Below are positions 9,500 through 19,302 of a stretch of 32,000 nucleotides of DNA, piece after piece. Positions within the stretch are counted from its first letter, which is position 1. The number at the start of each line of letters is the position of its first letter. The translations under genes were made by a program, and so were the position numbers. The stretch lies in the NCBI GenBank assembly GCA_963675515.1, contig OY776328.1, forward strand, positions 1,740,001 to 1,772,000. The letters run 5' to 3'. Source of the stretch: Coprobacillaceae bacterium. Its GTDB lineage: Bacteria > Bacillota_I > Bacilli_A > Erysipelotrichales > Coprobacillaceae. The notes under the pieces were generated by a model. It saw only the letters and a program-made list of their open reading frames with translations. It was not told the origin of the DNA and did not search any database.

Positions 9500-10387
9500 A
9501 TGGCAATTAGCGCAAAATTAGTAAAAGAATTACGTGAAAAAACTGGTGCAGGGATGATGGACTGCAAAAAAGCATTGGAAGAGTGCGATGGAAACATCGA
9601 AGCTTCTTTTGACTGGTTAAGGGAAAAAGGAATCGCGAAAGCTGCTAAAAAAGCTGACCGCATCGCTGCTGAAGGACTTACTGCATTCGTAGTTGAAGGT
9701 AACACAGCTGCCATGGTTGAAGTCAACTCTGAAACTGACTTCGTAGCCAAGAACGATGAGTTCATCTCTTTGGTAAACAAAGTCGCTCAACTGGTTGTCG
9801 CAAACAAACCAGCTGATTTGGACGCGGCATTGGCTATCGACGTTGAAGGTAAGGATTTGGCTACTTTCATCGCTGAAGCTTCTGGGAAAATCGGAGAAAA
9901 ACTTTCTTTCCGTCGTTTCGTGTTAATCGAAAAATCTGATGCTCAAGAATTCGGTGCTTACTCACACATGGGTGGAAAAATGACGGCTGTTGTCAAAGTT
10001 GAAGGTGCTTCCTCTGAAGTTGCCCGCGACATTGCGATGCACGTTGCTGCTGCCAACCCGCAATACATCGACCGTACAGCGATTCCTGCAGAAGTGTTGG
10101 AACACGAAAGCGCAGTATTGTTGGCTCAAGCCAAAGAAGAAAACGCTGGTGCGGCTAAACCAAAACCAGAAAACATCATTGAAAAAATGGTTGAAGGTCG
10201 TTTGAATAAAAACTTGAAAGAAATGTGCTTGGTTGATCAAGAATTCATTAAAAATCCTGATCAGACAGTAGCTCAATACTTAAATGGTGGGCAAGTATTA
10301 GAAATGAGCCGTTTCCAAGTTGGGGAAGGTATTGAAAAGAAAGTCGTTGACTTTGCTGAAGAAGTAGCTGCTCAACTGAAAGGGTAA
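9500..10387 (+). CDS. tsf: Elongation factor Ts
   Basis: MAISAKLVKELREKTGAGMMDCKKAL (UBA-like N-terminus). SD AGGAGA. The ORF-track start at 9461 lies inside the terminator. Confidence 0.93.
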   Translation: MAISAKLVKELREKTGAGMMDCKKALEECDGNIEASFDWLREKGIAKAAKKADRIAAEGLTAFVVEGNTAAMVEVNSETDFVAKNDEFISLVNKVAQLVVANKPADLDAALAIDVEGKDLATFIAEASGKIGEKLSFRRFVLIEKSDAQEFGAYSHMGGKMTAVVKVEGASSEVARDIAMHVAAANPQYIDRTAIPAEVLEHESAVLLAQAKEENAGAAKPKPENIIEKMVEGRLNKNLKEMCLVDQEFIKNPDQTVAQYLNGGQVLEMSRFQVGEGIEKKVVDFAEEVAAQLKG

Positions 10388-10413
10388 AAGACACACTTAC
10401 TGTGTCTTTTTTT
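10386..10413 (+). terminator. Rho-independent terminator after tsf
   Basis: 10-bp stem AAAAGACACA/TGTGTCTTTT, 5-nt loop, T-run to 10413. It overlaps the tsf stop. Confidence 0.75.
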
Positions 10414-10424
10414 AGGAAATAGGA

Positions 10425-11141
10425 ATGAAATACAATAGAGTATTATTAAAATTAAGCGGCGAAGCTTTGGCTGGAGAATCGGGAACCGGAATCGATTCAA
10501 CTACCGTTGCCAACATCGCCAGACAAATCAAAGATGCCAAAGACTTGGGAATTGAAATCGCCATCGTATGCGGCGGGGGCAATATCTGGCGTGGCAAAAC
10601 CGGTGAAAACATGGGAATGGAACGCTCAACTGCCGATTACATGGGGATGTTGGCGACTGTCATGAATGGTCTGGCTGTCCAAAACGCCTTGGAACAGATC
10701 GGGGTTGAAACCCGGATGCAAACTGCGATCGAGATGCGCCAGATCGCCGAACCCTTCATCCGCCGCAAAGCGGTCCGTCATCTGGAAAAGGGCCGAGTTG
10801 TGATTTTTGGAGCCGGAACCGGTTCGCCATTTTTCACCACGGACACTACCGCTTCACTGCGCGCCGCTGAAATCAATGCCGACGTATTGTTGATGGCTAA
10901 AAACGGGGTTGACGGTGTTTACTCAGCTGACCCTAAAGTTGACTGCAACGCGGTTCGTTACGATCAGATCACATATAATGATGTAATTGCCAAAGATCTC
11001 CAGATCATGGACCAGACGGCCATTACATTATGCAAGGACAACAGCATTGACATTTGTGTGTTTAACATGCAAGAAGAAGGCAATATCGCCAAAGCTTGTG
11101 ATGGTAAAAAAATCGGAACTATAATTTATCGAGGTGAATAA
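10425..11141 (+). CDS. pyrH: UMP kinase
   Basis: 238 aa. Contains [18 protein letters not shown] and [12 protein letters not shown]. Confidence 0.93.
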   Translation: MKYNRVLLKLSGEALAGESGTGIDSTTVANIARQIKDAKDLGIEIAIVCGGGNIWRGKTGENMGMERSTADYMGMLATVMNGLAVQNALEQIGVETRMQTAIEMRQIAEPFIRRKAVRHLEKGRVVIFGAGTGSPFFTTDTTASLRAAEINADVLLMAKNGVDGVYSADPKVDCNAVRYDQITYNDVIAKDLQIMDQTAITLCKDNSIDICVFNMQEEGNIAKACDGKKIGTIIYRGE

Positions 11142-11142
11142 T

Positions 11143-11688
11143 ATGTTAGAAATCATTATTGAAGATTGTCAGGAAAGAATGGAAAAAGCGATTGAAGCAT
11201 TTAACCGCGAGTTGGCTACAATCAGAACCGGTCGGGCCAATCCGACGATGCTTGATCGTGTTCACGTGAATTATTACGGTTCACCGACTCCAATCAACCA
11301 GGTTGCCAGCATCAAAGTCGTGGAAGGTCGTCAGCTGATGGTAAAACCCTACGACCGTTCGTCTCTAAAAGACATCGAGCACGGAATTTTCGAAGCCAAT
11401 CTCGGTCTGACTCCTCAAAATGACGGTGAAGTGATCCGCATCAATGTGCCGGCCTTGACTGAAGAAAGACGCAAGGAATACGCCAAAGATGTATGGAAAT
11501 TCGCGGAAAAAGCCAAAGTTGCGATCCGCAATATCCGCCGCGATTGCAACGACGAAATCAAAAAACTGGATATTTCTGAAGACGATATCAAAGGCGGTCA
11601 GGACACAATTCAAAAACTGACTGACAAATTTGTCAAAGAAGTTGACGAAATCGGAAAAGTCAAAGAAAAAGACATTCTGACTGTATAA
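11143..11688 (+). CDS. frr: Ribosome recycling factor
   Basis: Contains RTGRANPTMLD and NVPALTEERRKE. ATG 11143 lies 6 nt after SD GAGGTG. The ORF-track GTG at 11134 overlaps the pyrH stop and is less likely. Confidence 0.92.
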   Translation: MLEIIIEDCQERMEKAIEAFNRELATIRTGRANPTMLDRVHVNYYGSPTPINQVASIKVVEGRQLMVKPYDRSSLKDIEHGIFEANLGLTPQNDGEVIRINVPALTEERRKEYAKDVWKFAEKAKVAIRNIRRDCNDEIKKLDISEDDIKGGQDTIQKLTDKFVKEVDEIGKVKEKDILTV

Positions 11689-11692
11689 TCAT

Positions 11693-11717
11693 ACTGCCCC
11701 AAGTCGGGCAGTTTTTT
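11693..11717 (+). terminator. Rho-independent terminator after frr
   Basis: Stem ACTGCCC/GGGCAGT, 6-nt loop, T-run 11712-11717. Confidence 0.75.
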
Positions 11718-11769
11718 ATTTATTTTGAAGGCAAAATGTGGTAAAATGTCATGAGCGAGGTGGAACTAT

Positions 11770-12516
11770 ATGTTTTTTAAAAAAACAAAAAAACAAGAGA
11801 CAGACATACAATTACAGAAGATTCCCGGCCATATTGCTTTCATCATGGATGGCAACGGACGGTGGGCAAAAAAAAGAAACATGCCAAGAACTTTCGGTCA
11901 TCGAGAAGGCACCAAGACAATCCGCAAGATTGCTTTGGAATGTAACCGCCTTGGTGTAAAGGCGATGACAGTCTACGCTTTTTCAACCGAAAACTTTGCC
12001 CGGCCTGAAAGTGAAGTCAATTTCATTTTCAAACTGCCAGAGGAGTTCTTCAACCAATATTTCGAGGAACTTAATGCAAACAATATCAAGATTGCCATTA
12101 TCGGACATCTTGAAAAGGCGCCTCAGCGCACCCGTGATATCATAAACAACGCCATTGAAAAGACCAAGGGCAACACAGGGCTGATCCTGTGTTTTGCCTT
12201 CATTTATGGCGGTCAGGATGAAATTCTGATGGCGGTCAAAAGCATCGCAACCGACTACAAGGATGACAAGATTGCACTTGAAAATCTGGACGAGAAGATG
12301 TTTTCGAGCTATCTCATGACCAGGGATCTGCCTGATTGCGATCTGATGATCCGCACTTCAGGAGAGCAGCGTCTTTCCAATTTCCTGCTATGGCAGCTGG
12401 CATATGCCGAATTCATATTCACCGATACCTTCTGGCCGGATTTCGACGAGGCAAAGCTGCACGCTTGCCTGCATGAATACCAGTCAAGGGATCGCCGTTT
12501 TGGAGGACTGAAATAG
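11770..12516 (+). CDS. uppS: Undecaprenyl (isoprenyl) diphosphate synthase
   Basis: 248 aa. Contains HIAFIMDGNGRWAKKR, RTSGEQRLSNFLLWQ and RRFGG. Confidence 0.92.
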   Translation: MFFKKTKKQETDIQLQKIPGHIAFIMDGNGRWAKKRNMPRTFGHREGTKTIRKIALECNRLGVKAMTVYAFSTENFARPESEVNFIFKLPEEFFNQYFEELNANNIKIAIIGHLEKAPQRTRDIINNAIEKTKGNTGLILCFAFIYGGQDEILMAVKSIATDYKDDKIALENLDEKMFSSYLMTRDLPDCDLMIRTSGEQRLSNFLLWQLAYAEFIFTDTFWPDFDEAKLHACLHEYQSRDRRFGGLK

Positions 12517-13295
12517 TGAGGACAAGAATTATTACCGGACTGCTTATCGCCGTCGTCGCTTTGCCGGCGTTGTTTCTAGGAGGAGTTTTCTTCAATATTC
12601 TCATGCTGGGCGTTGTGATAGTTTCAGGCTTCGAGATGGTCCATATCGCAACCAAACCAAGATTCAGGTTCTACCTGTATCCATTGGTGATGGTATTTTT
12701 GGGACTGGGATTCTATTTTTACGCCAACCAGCTGGTCATATCGACTTCTTTTTTCCTGATCTTGTTGATCGAACTGCTTGTGGCAGCAATGTTCGACGAG
12801 ACTCTTGATCTGGGCCGGATCAGCTATCTTTTTTTCGCTGGAGTGCTAATATTTTCAGGACTCCATTATTTTTACCATATCCGCATGGATCTGGGACTGG
12901 ATTATGTCATGTTGCTGGTGCTGGGAACTTTTGGCTGTGATACCGGAGCTTATTTTGCCGGAGTCAAGTTCGGGAAAACCAAGCTTATACCGCGGATCTC
13001 ACCTAAAAAGACGGTTGAAGGTTCAATCGGGGGAATTCTTCTGGGAAGTCTGCTTTCGATAAGTTACGGCCTTTATGCCGGGATACTCTCAAGCAACCTT
13101 TCGCTTATTCTGGCATGTGTCCTTTTGACAATCACCAGCCAGATCGGTGACCTGACATTCTCGATAATCAAGAGAACGTTCTTAGCCAAGGACTTTTCAA
13201 ACCTGCTCCCAGGTCACGGCGGGGTACTCGACCGGACCGATTCATTGATCCTTAACTCGATTGTGTTGGGATTGATCATGTGGGGCATACGATAG
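12516..13295 (+). CDS. cdsA: Phosphatidate cytidylyltransferase
   Basis: 259 aa, multi-pass hydrophobic. Signature SIIKRTFLAKDFSNLLPGHGGVLDRTDS. The GTG start overlaps the uppS TAG. SD GGAGGA. Confidence 0.9.
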   Translation: MRTRIITGLLIAVVALPALFLGGVFFNILMLGVVIVSGFEMVHIATKPRFRFYLYPLVMVFLGLGFYFYANQLVISTSFFLILLIELLVAAMFDETLDLGRISYLFFAGVLIFSGLHYFYHIRMDLGLDYVMLLVLGTFGCDTGAYFAGVKFGKTKLIPRISPKKTVEGSIGGILLGSLLSISYGLYAGILSSNLSLILACVLLTITSQIGDLTFSIIKRTFLAKDFSNLLPGHGGVLDRTDSLILNSIVLGLIMWGIR

Positions 13296-13304
13296 GGAGG
13301 AAAT

Positions 13305-14381
13305 ATGGACTCAATTATAGATATCATAGTCTTTGTCCTTGTTTTAGGTTCGATAATATTCATCCATGAACTGGGACACTTTTTGGCTGCCAAATCATTT
13401 GGAGTATACTGCTCCGAGTTTGCCTTGGGGATGGGACCAAAGATTTTTTCTAAAAAAGGCAAGGAAACCGAATATACATTGAGGGCATTGCCGGTTGGCG
13501 GATTTGTCGCCATGTATGGCGAGGCCGACCAGGAAGTTAACGACGTTTTCAAAGGAGTTGATCCGGACCGTTCTTTGAAGAACATTAAGACTTACCAAAA
13601 AGTCATTGTGATGCTCGCAGGGGTTTTCATGAATTTTTTGATGGCCTTTGCCATCATATTCGCAGTCTACTCCCTGCAACCGGTAGTCGTTGACTTGCCG
13701 ATTATCGGCTCTGTAGTCGAAAATTCACCTGCCATGCAAGCCGGATTGCAGGCTGGGGATGAGATTGCCGCCGTCGAGATCAACGGTGAGATGATTGAAC
13801 CGGCAACCTACAACGAACTTGTCGGGTTCATCCAGTCATTTGAATACTCGGGGGAAAGCACTCTTGAAGTAGATGTCGATTATTTAAGCGGTGACAATGA
13901 AGCAACCACTGTCGTATATGCCTTGTATAACGAAGATACCAAGGCATATCTACTCGGTATCCAGGCAAGCACTCAAAGGCTGCCGTTAAACGAAGCCGCT
14001 ACAAGTGCTACCAAAAGTCTGGCATATGTTTCGCTGAGTGTGCTTGAAACACTTGGCAAGGTTGTGACCGGTGACCAACAGACAATCAACCAGGTCTCAG
14101 GACCGGTAGGGATTTTCAATATAACCTCACAGGTCCGTGACCAGGGGGCCGCCCAGCTGGCGATGGTTGTCGCCATGCTTTCAGCCAATATCGGGATATT
14201 CAACCTTTTGCCGATCCCCGGTCTGGACGGTTCACAAGCCATCTTCGCCCTGGTCGAAAAGGCCATCGGGCGAGAGATTCCAATCAAAATAAGATATTTC
14301 CTGCAACTTGCCGGACTAGCTCTGGTATTTGGCTTGATGATTCTTATTACGGTCAAAGACATTACAAAAATATTCAGTTAA
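13305..14381 (+). CDS. rseP: Site-2 zinc metalloprotease RseP/RasP family
   Basis: 358 aa. Contains HELGHFLAAK (HExxH), a PDZ-like middle segment and NLLPIPGLDG. Confidence 0.88.
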   Translation: MDSIIDIIVFVLVLGSIIFIHELGHFLAAKSFGVYCSEFALGMGPKIFSKKGKETEYTLRALPVGGFVAMYGEADQEVNDVFKGVDPDRSLKNIKTYQKVIVMLAGVFMNFLMAFAIIFAVYSLQPVVVDLPIIGSVVENSPAMQAGLQAGDEIAAVEINGEMIEPATYNELVGFIQSFEYSGESTLEVDVDYLSGDNEATTVVYALYNEDTKAYLLGIQASTQRLPLNEAATSATKSLAYVSLSVLETLGKVVTGDQQTINQVSGPVGIFNITSQVRDQGAAQLAMVVAMLSANIGIFNLLPIPGLDGSQAIFALVEKAIGREIPIKIRYFLQLAGLALVFGLMILITVKDITKIFS

Positions 14382-14402
14382 AGGGTATGTACCCTTTTTT
14401 TT
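14380..14402 (+). terminator. Rho-independent terminator after rseP, abutting the polC SD
   Basis: Stem AAAGGG/CCCTTT with a 6-nt loop and an 8-T run (14395-14402). AGGAGG follows at 14405. Confidence 0.65.
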
Positions 14403-14415
14403 CTAGGAGGACGCA

Positions 14416-17400
14416 ATGAAAGACAAAATCGCCATATTATTGGAACAGTTGAAAATCGAAGGGAAAGTCGACCAGCTTCATCATGCCAGCCTGACGCGGG
14501 TGAATGTGGACAAACAAAACAATTACTGTTTCTATATAAACAACCGAAGTCTGCTGCCCTTCGACGAATACTTCATTTTGAATTCCCATAAGGATAATTT
14601 CCCTTATCCGGTTGAATTCGAATTCGAATACGAACAGGATGAATATGACAAGCATAATCTTGAACTCTATCTTGGGTACTTCATCAACGAGTTTTCAACC
14701 AAGTATCCTTCTTTTTCAAGCATCAATCTTAAAAATATCCAGATCGACGAATTGACAATCAAGATCAAACTGTTCAATGAGCTGATCTTGCAGCGTTCCA
14801 GCGAAGTCGGATCACATCTCAAAAACAGGATCAAGGCGGCGGGAATCACGATGCCCGTCGAATTCGTTCTAGATGAGACGGACCCAAAATACCAGGAACT
14901 TATCAAAGAAATGAGCGCTCCAATCGAGGCCACGGCAATCATCCCTCCATCGCAGCCAAAAGCCGAAGTTCCTGCCAAAAAGAGCTATTTCAATTATTCT
15001 GCCAAGGAGGCCATCAAATACAAGATTGACGAGATTCATGCCGGGACAATGGAGCCCAATATCACTATAGAAGGTTATGTCTTTGGAGTCGAGGAAATCG
15101 AGACACGCAAAAAAACAAAAATCCAGACTTTGAAAGTGACGGACTACACATCTTCGATCCTGGTCAAGCGTTTCGAAAACAAATCCAACAGCGATTCGAT
15201 CAAAGTACTTTCCAAAGGAAAAGTCTGGGTCAAGGTCAGCGGGGAACTGCGCTACGACGATTTCGCCAAGGATACAATCATTTTTGCAAAAGATGTGGAA
15301 ATCATCAAAGGGCCACCAGGACGTCAGGACAACGCCAAAGTCAAAAGGGTTGAACTGTCAGTCCATTCGAAAATGTCGGCCATGGATGGTATTTCCAATG
15401 CGAAAGACTACATCTCCAGGGCAATCGAATGGGGGCACCCGGCAATCGCAATCACCGACCGCGCCAATGTCCAGGCTTTCCCCGAATGCCAAGGCAGTGC
15501 CGGTGGCAAGATAAAGATCCTCTACGGAGTTGAGTTCAATAAAATAGATCCCAACTTCCAGATTGTCTACAACTTCAAGGACATGTCGATTGAAGATGCG
15601 ACCTATGTCTGTTTCGATTTGGAAACCACCGGTCTTTCGGTAATCCATGATGGCATTACCGAATTTGGTGCCGTAAAAATAAAAAATGGCGAAGTTGTCG
15701 ACCGTCTCCAGTTCTTCGTCAATCCCGAGCGGCCGATTCCCGATTACATTTCAAAAATGACCAACATCACCAATGCAATGGTCCAAGATGAGCCGGTGAT
15801 AAAGGACCGGCTGGATCTTATTCGCGAATTTTTCAATGATGCCATCCTGGTCGCCCACAATGCGACATTTGACATCGGGTTCTTGAACGAGGCCTTTATG
15901 GCCAACGATCAGCCGGAGATTGCCAACCCGGTAATCGACACCCTGGCTTTGTGCAAAGGATTTTTAAAGCCGATGAAATCATATCGGCTTGGCCAATGCT
16001 GTAGGGTATTCCGCATTGCCTACGATGACGGCGTGGCCCATCGGGCCGATTATGACGCCGAGGTCCTGTCACATCTTTTAGGGGTGTTGCTCCACCAGTT
16101 CATGCAAAGCGGGCGCTACCAGCTGTCAGATCTTGCCAATCTGGAAGTCAATGATGTCCACAAACTGGTATTCTCTTATCCGATGAGTGCAATCGCATTG
16201 AATCCACTCGGGCTTAAAAACATGTTCAAGGCGATAAGCGAGTCAAACACAATCTATCTCCATCAGACCGCAAGGATTCCCCAGGATCGACTGGAGCACT
16301 ACCGGGAAGGGATGATTTTCGGTTCTGGGCCTTTCAATTCCGACCTTTTCGAAGCCGGACTTAACAGCTGTGACCGGGTTTTGGAAAAAACCATGGAGTT
16401 CTACGACTATATCGAAATCAATCCCCTGGAAGACTACCATCACCTGGTTGACCGGGGCAAAATAAGATCGCAGGACAATCTCAAGACATCGATCCTGCGG
16501 ATCATCAGGATGGCCAAGAAACTCAAGAAGATCGTAGTGGCCACCGGTGATGTCCACTTTCTCGACGCCAAAGACAAGATCTACCGTGACGTCTTTATTG
16601 CCAATCCGACAATCGGCCTCAACCACCGGGCCCATTACCTTTGCGTGCGAAACCGGCCTGATGCCTGGACTCCAAACCAGATGCTTAGAACAACCGATGA
16701 GATGCTTGAAGCATTCAACTGGCTGGGTGAGGATCTGGCGTATGAGCTGGTTGTCGAAAACACCAATCGGATCGCTGAAATGGTCGAGGTTATCAAACCG
16801 GTCCACGACAAGCTTTTCACTCCAAAAATCGACGGAGCGGATGAGAATCTCAAGAAAATATGTTACCAGACAGCCCACCAGACATATGGAGAGATTCTCC
16901 CGGAGATAGTCCAAAACCGGCTTGAAAAAGAACTGAACAACATCATCAAACACGGCTTTGGGGTCATTTATTACATTTCCCATCTCCTTGTCAAGAAATC
17001 AAACGACGATGGTTATTTGGTAGGTTCAAGGGGTTCGGTCGGTTCGTCATTCGTTGCGACCATGTCGAACATCACCGAGGTCAACCCGCTGCCACCCCAT
17101 TACGTCTGTCCAAACTGCCAGTACAGCGAGTTCATCGAAGATGGACGTGTCGCATCAGGTTATGATCTTCCTGACAAGCCATGTCCAAAATGCGATCATC
17201 CTTTGAAGGGCGACGGCCACAATATACCATTCGAAACCTTCCTGGGCTTCAATGCCGACAAGGTTCCCGACATCGATTTGAACTTCTCAGGCGATTATCA
17301 GCCCCAGGCCCATGAATTCACCAAGGTCATTTTCGGGGTCGACAATGTGTTTCGAGCCGGAACAATCTCGACCGTAGCCTCAAAGACGGCCTATGGTTAT

Positions 17401-18720
17401 GCCAGAGGCTACGCCGAACTTATGGGCAAAGAGGACCAGATCCGTTCGGTGGAATTGGAGCGCATTGCCGCAGGTTGCGAAGGAGTCAAGCGTACCACCG
17501 GACAGCATCCGGGGGGGATAATCGTAATTCCCAACTATATGGATGTCTATGATTTCACTCCCATCCAGTTTCCAGCCGATGACATCAGTGCTACATGGCG
17601 GACAACCCATTTCGACTTCCATGCCATTCATGACAATGTACTGAAGCTCGATATCCTAGGCCACGTCGATCCCACAGTGATCCGGGCTTTGCAGGACTTG
17701 ACCAAGATCGATCCAAAATCGATTCCTACCAACGACCAGAAGGTCATGGAGCTATTTACCAGCACGAAAAGCTTGGGAATCGATCTTTCCTACATAAATG
17801 TCTCACTCGGGGTTCTAGGCTTGCCCGAATTCGGAACTACCTTTGTAAGGGGCATGCTCAAACAGACAATGCCAAAATCATTCAACGACCTCGTCATCAT
17901 TTCGGGATTGTCCCATGGTACCGATGTCTATCTAGGAAATGCCGAAAAGCTCATCAAGGAGGGGACCTGCACCCTGTCGGAGGTAATCGGTTGTCGTGAC
18001 GACATCATGACCTACCTTATCGACAAGAAATTGCCTAACAAGGATGCCTTCGACATCATGGAGTGCGTCCGCAAAGGGAAGGCCCCCGGCGTCTTCCCGG
18101 AGAAAAAATACGAGGAATTGATGCGAGAACACAATGTTCCCCAATGGTACATTGATTCTTGTAAAAAGATCAAGTATATGTTCCCAAAAGCCCATGCGGT
18201 GGCCTATGTGCTTTCGGCAATCAGGGTGGCCTGGTGGAAGGTGTACTATCCTCGCGAGTATTATGCGGTGTATTTCTCGACTCGATGCGACTTTTTCGAA
18301 GTGGACACATTGGTAAGGGGGAAAGATGCGATAATCAAGCGATACCAGGAACTCAACGATCTAAAATCAACCAACCAGGCAAGCAACAAGGAAATCGGAC
18401 TTTCCGACATGTTTGAAATCGCCTTGGAAATGATCGAACGGGGATTCCATTTCAGCCCGATTTCACTAAAATATTCTTCCAGCGACAAGTTCATTCTCGA
18501 CCCTGTCGACCAATTGGGCCTTGTTCCGCCATTTGCGGCAGTCGATGCTTTAGGCGTCAACGTGGCAAATACCGTGGTTGAAGCCCGTGACATCCAGCCG
18601 TTCATTTCCAAGGAGGATGTCATCAGACGGACCAAGCTGAACAACTCTCATGTAAAAACACTGGAAAATATGGGCGTATTTAAGGATTTACAGGAAAAAA
18701 ACCAAATGAGTTTATTTTAA
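14416..18720 (+). CDS. polC: DNA polymerase III alpha subunit, PolC type
   Basis: 1434 aa. Contains an internal 3'-5' exonuclease (FDLETTG ... HNATFD ... HRADYDA), zinc finger CPNC..CPKC and GQHPGGIIV. Confidence 0.97.
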   Translation: MKDKIAILLEQLKIEGKVDQLHHASLTRVNVDKQNNYCFYINNRSLLPFDEYFILNSHKDNFPYPVEFEFEYEQDEYDKHNLELYLGYFINEFSTKYPSFSSINLKNIQIDELTIKIKLFNELILQRSSEVGSHLKNRIKAAGITMPVEFVLDETDPKYQELIKEMSAPIEATAIIPPSQPKAEVPAKKSYFNYSAKEAIKYKIDEIHAGTMEPNITIEGYVFGVEEIETRKKTKIQTLKVTDYTSSILVKRFENKSNSDSIKVLSKGKVWVKVSGELRYDDFAKDTIIFAKDVEIIKGPPGRQDNAKVKRVELSVHSKMSAMDGISNAKDYISRAIEWGHPAIAITDRANVQAFPECQGSAGGKIKILYGVEFNKIDPNFQIVYNFKDMSIEDATYVCFDLETTGLSVIHDGITEFGAVKIKNGEVVDRLQFFVNPERPIPDYISKMTNITNAMVQDEPVIKDRLDLIREFFNDAILVAHNATFDIGFLNEAFMANDQPEIANPVIDTLALCKGFLKPMKSYRLGQCCRVFRIAYDDGVAHRADYDAEVLSHLLGVLLHQFMQSGRYQLSDLANLEVNDVHKLVFSYPMSAIALNPLGLKNMFKAISESNTIYLHQTARIPQDRLEHYREGMIFGSGPFNSDLFEAGLNSCDRVLEKTMEFYDYIEINPLEDYHHLVDRGKIRSQDNLKTSILRIIRMAKKLKKIVVATGDVHFLDAKDKIYRDVFIANPTIGLNHRAHYLCVRNRPDAWTPNQMLRTTDEMLEAFNWLGEDLAYELVVENTNRIAEMVEVIKPVHDKLFTPKIDGADENLKKICYQTAHQTYGEILPEIVQNRLEKELNNIIKHGFGVIYYISHLLVKKSNDDGYLVGSRGSVGSSFVATMSNITEVNPLPPHYVCPNCQYSEFIEDGRVASGYDLPDKPCPKCDHPLKGDGHNIPFETFLGFNADKVPDIDLNFSGDYQPQAHEFTKVIFGVDNVFRAGTISTVASKTAYGYARGYAELMGKEDQIRSVELERIAAGCEGVKRTTGQHPGGIIVIPNYMDVYDFTPIQFPADDISATWRTTHFDFHAIHDNVLKLDILGHVDPTVIRALQDLTKIDPKSIPTNDQKVMELFTSTKSLGIDLSYINVSLGVLGLPEFGTTFVRGMLKQTMPKSFNDLVIISGLSHGTDVYLGNAEKLIKEGTCTLSEVIGCRDDIMTYLIDKKLPNKDAFDIMECVRKGKAPGVFPEKKYEELMREHNVPQWYIDSCKKIKYMFPKAHAVAYVLSAIRVAWWKVYYPREYYAVYFSTRCDFFEVDTLVRGKDAIIKRYQELNDLKSTNQASNKEIGLSDMFEIALEMIERGFHFSPISLKYSSSDKFILDPVDQLGLVPPFAAVDALGVNVANTVVEARDIQPFISKEDVIRRTKLNNSHVKTLENMGVFKDLQEKNQMSLF

Positions 18721-18728
18721 CATTATGG

Positions 18729-18757
18729 TTGCTTCTGTCAAATGTTTATGTTACAAT
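18729..18757 (+). promoter_or_regulatory. sigma-A type promoter for the rimP-nusA-infB operon
   Basis: TTGCTT (18729-18734), 17-nt spacer, TACAAT (18752-18757) with TG at 18749-18750. Confidence 0.5.
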
Positions 18758-18779
18758 ACATTTATAAATATGACGTAAC

Positions 18780-18806
18780 GAGTGGGGAAACCCACTCTTT
18801 ATTATT
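18780..18806 (+). terminator. Terminator-like hairpin in the rimP-nusA leader (attenuator and/or polC terminator)
   Basis: 7-bp stem GAGTGGG/CCCACTC, GAAA tetraloop, interrupted U-tract TTTATTATT. It lies downstream of the candidate promoter and upstream of the rimP SD. Confidence 0.6.
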
Positions 18807-18823
18807 GGAAAGAGGTGAGTTTT

Positions 18824-19294
18824 ATGAATTTGCTTGATAATATAAAGGAAATGATACAAGGCATTTTGTCCGCTAACGACGTATATCTTGACGATATTGA
18901 ATATGTAAAGGAAGGCAATGATTTTTTCCTTAGAATATTCATCGAAAAGAACGAGGGTTCATTGGATATGGATACCTGTGTCACCGTATCTGAAGCGATC
19001 TCGGCTCTGATGGACGAAAAGGATCCGATCAAGGACGAGTATTATCTTGAGGTTTCATCGCCCGGAGCGGAAAAGCCGTTAAAAAGTTTAGAGGCTGTTG
19101 TCAAGAATATTGGAAATTACGTTTATGCCAAGTTCAACAATCCAACCCAGGGATTGGACGAAGTTGAAGGAACGATTCTTGGTGTCGATGACAACAAGAA
19201 CATCGAGATCGAATACCGGCAAAAAAACATCAAGAAAAAATGCACTGTAAACTATGACAACATTAAGTTTATTCGCTTAGCTATCAAATTTTAG
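18824..19294 (+). CDS. rimP: Ribosome maturation factor RimP
   Basis: Contains YYLEVSSPGAEKPL. ATG 18824 follows SD AGAGGTG. The ORF-track GTG at 18782 lies inside the hairpin. Confidence 0.88.
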   Translation: MNLLDNIKEMIQGILSANDVYLDDIEYVKEGNDFFLRIFIEKNEGSLDMDTCVTVSEAISALMDEKDPIKDEYYLEVSSPGAEKPLKSLEAVVKNIGNYVYAKFNNPTQGLDEVEGTILGVDDNKNIEIEYRQKNIKKKCTVNYDNIKFIRLAIKF

Positions 19295-19302
19295 GAGGAA
19301 TC

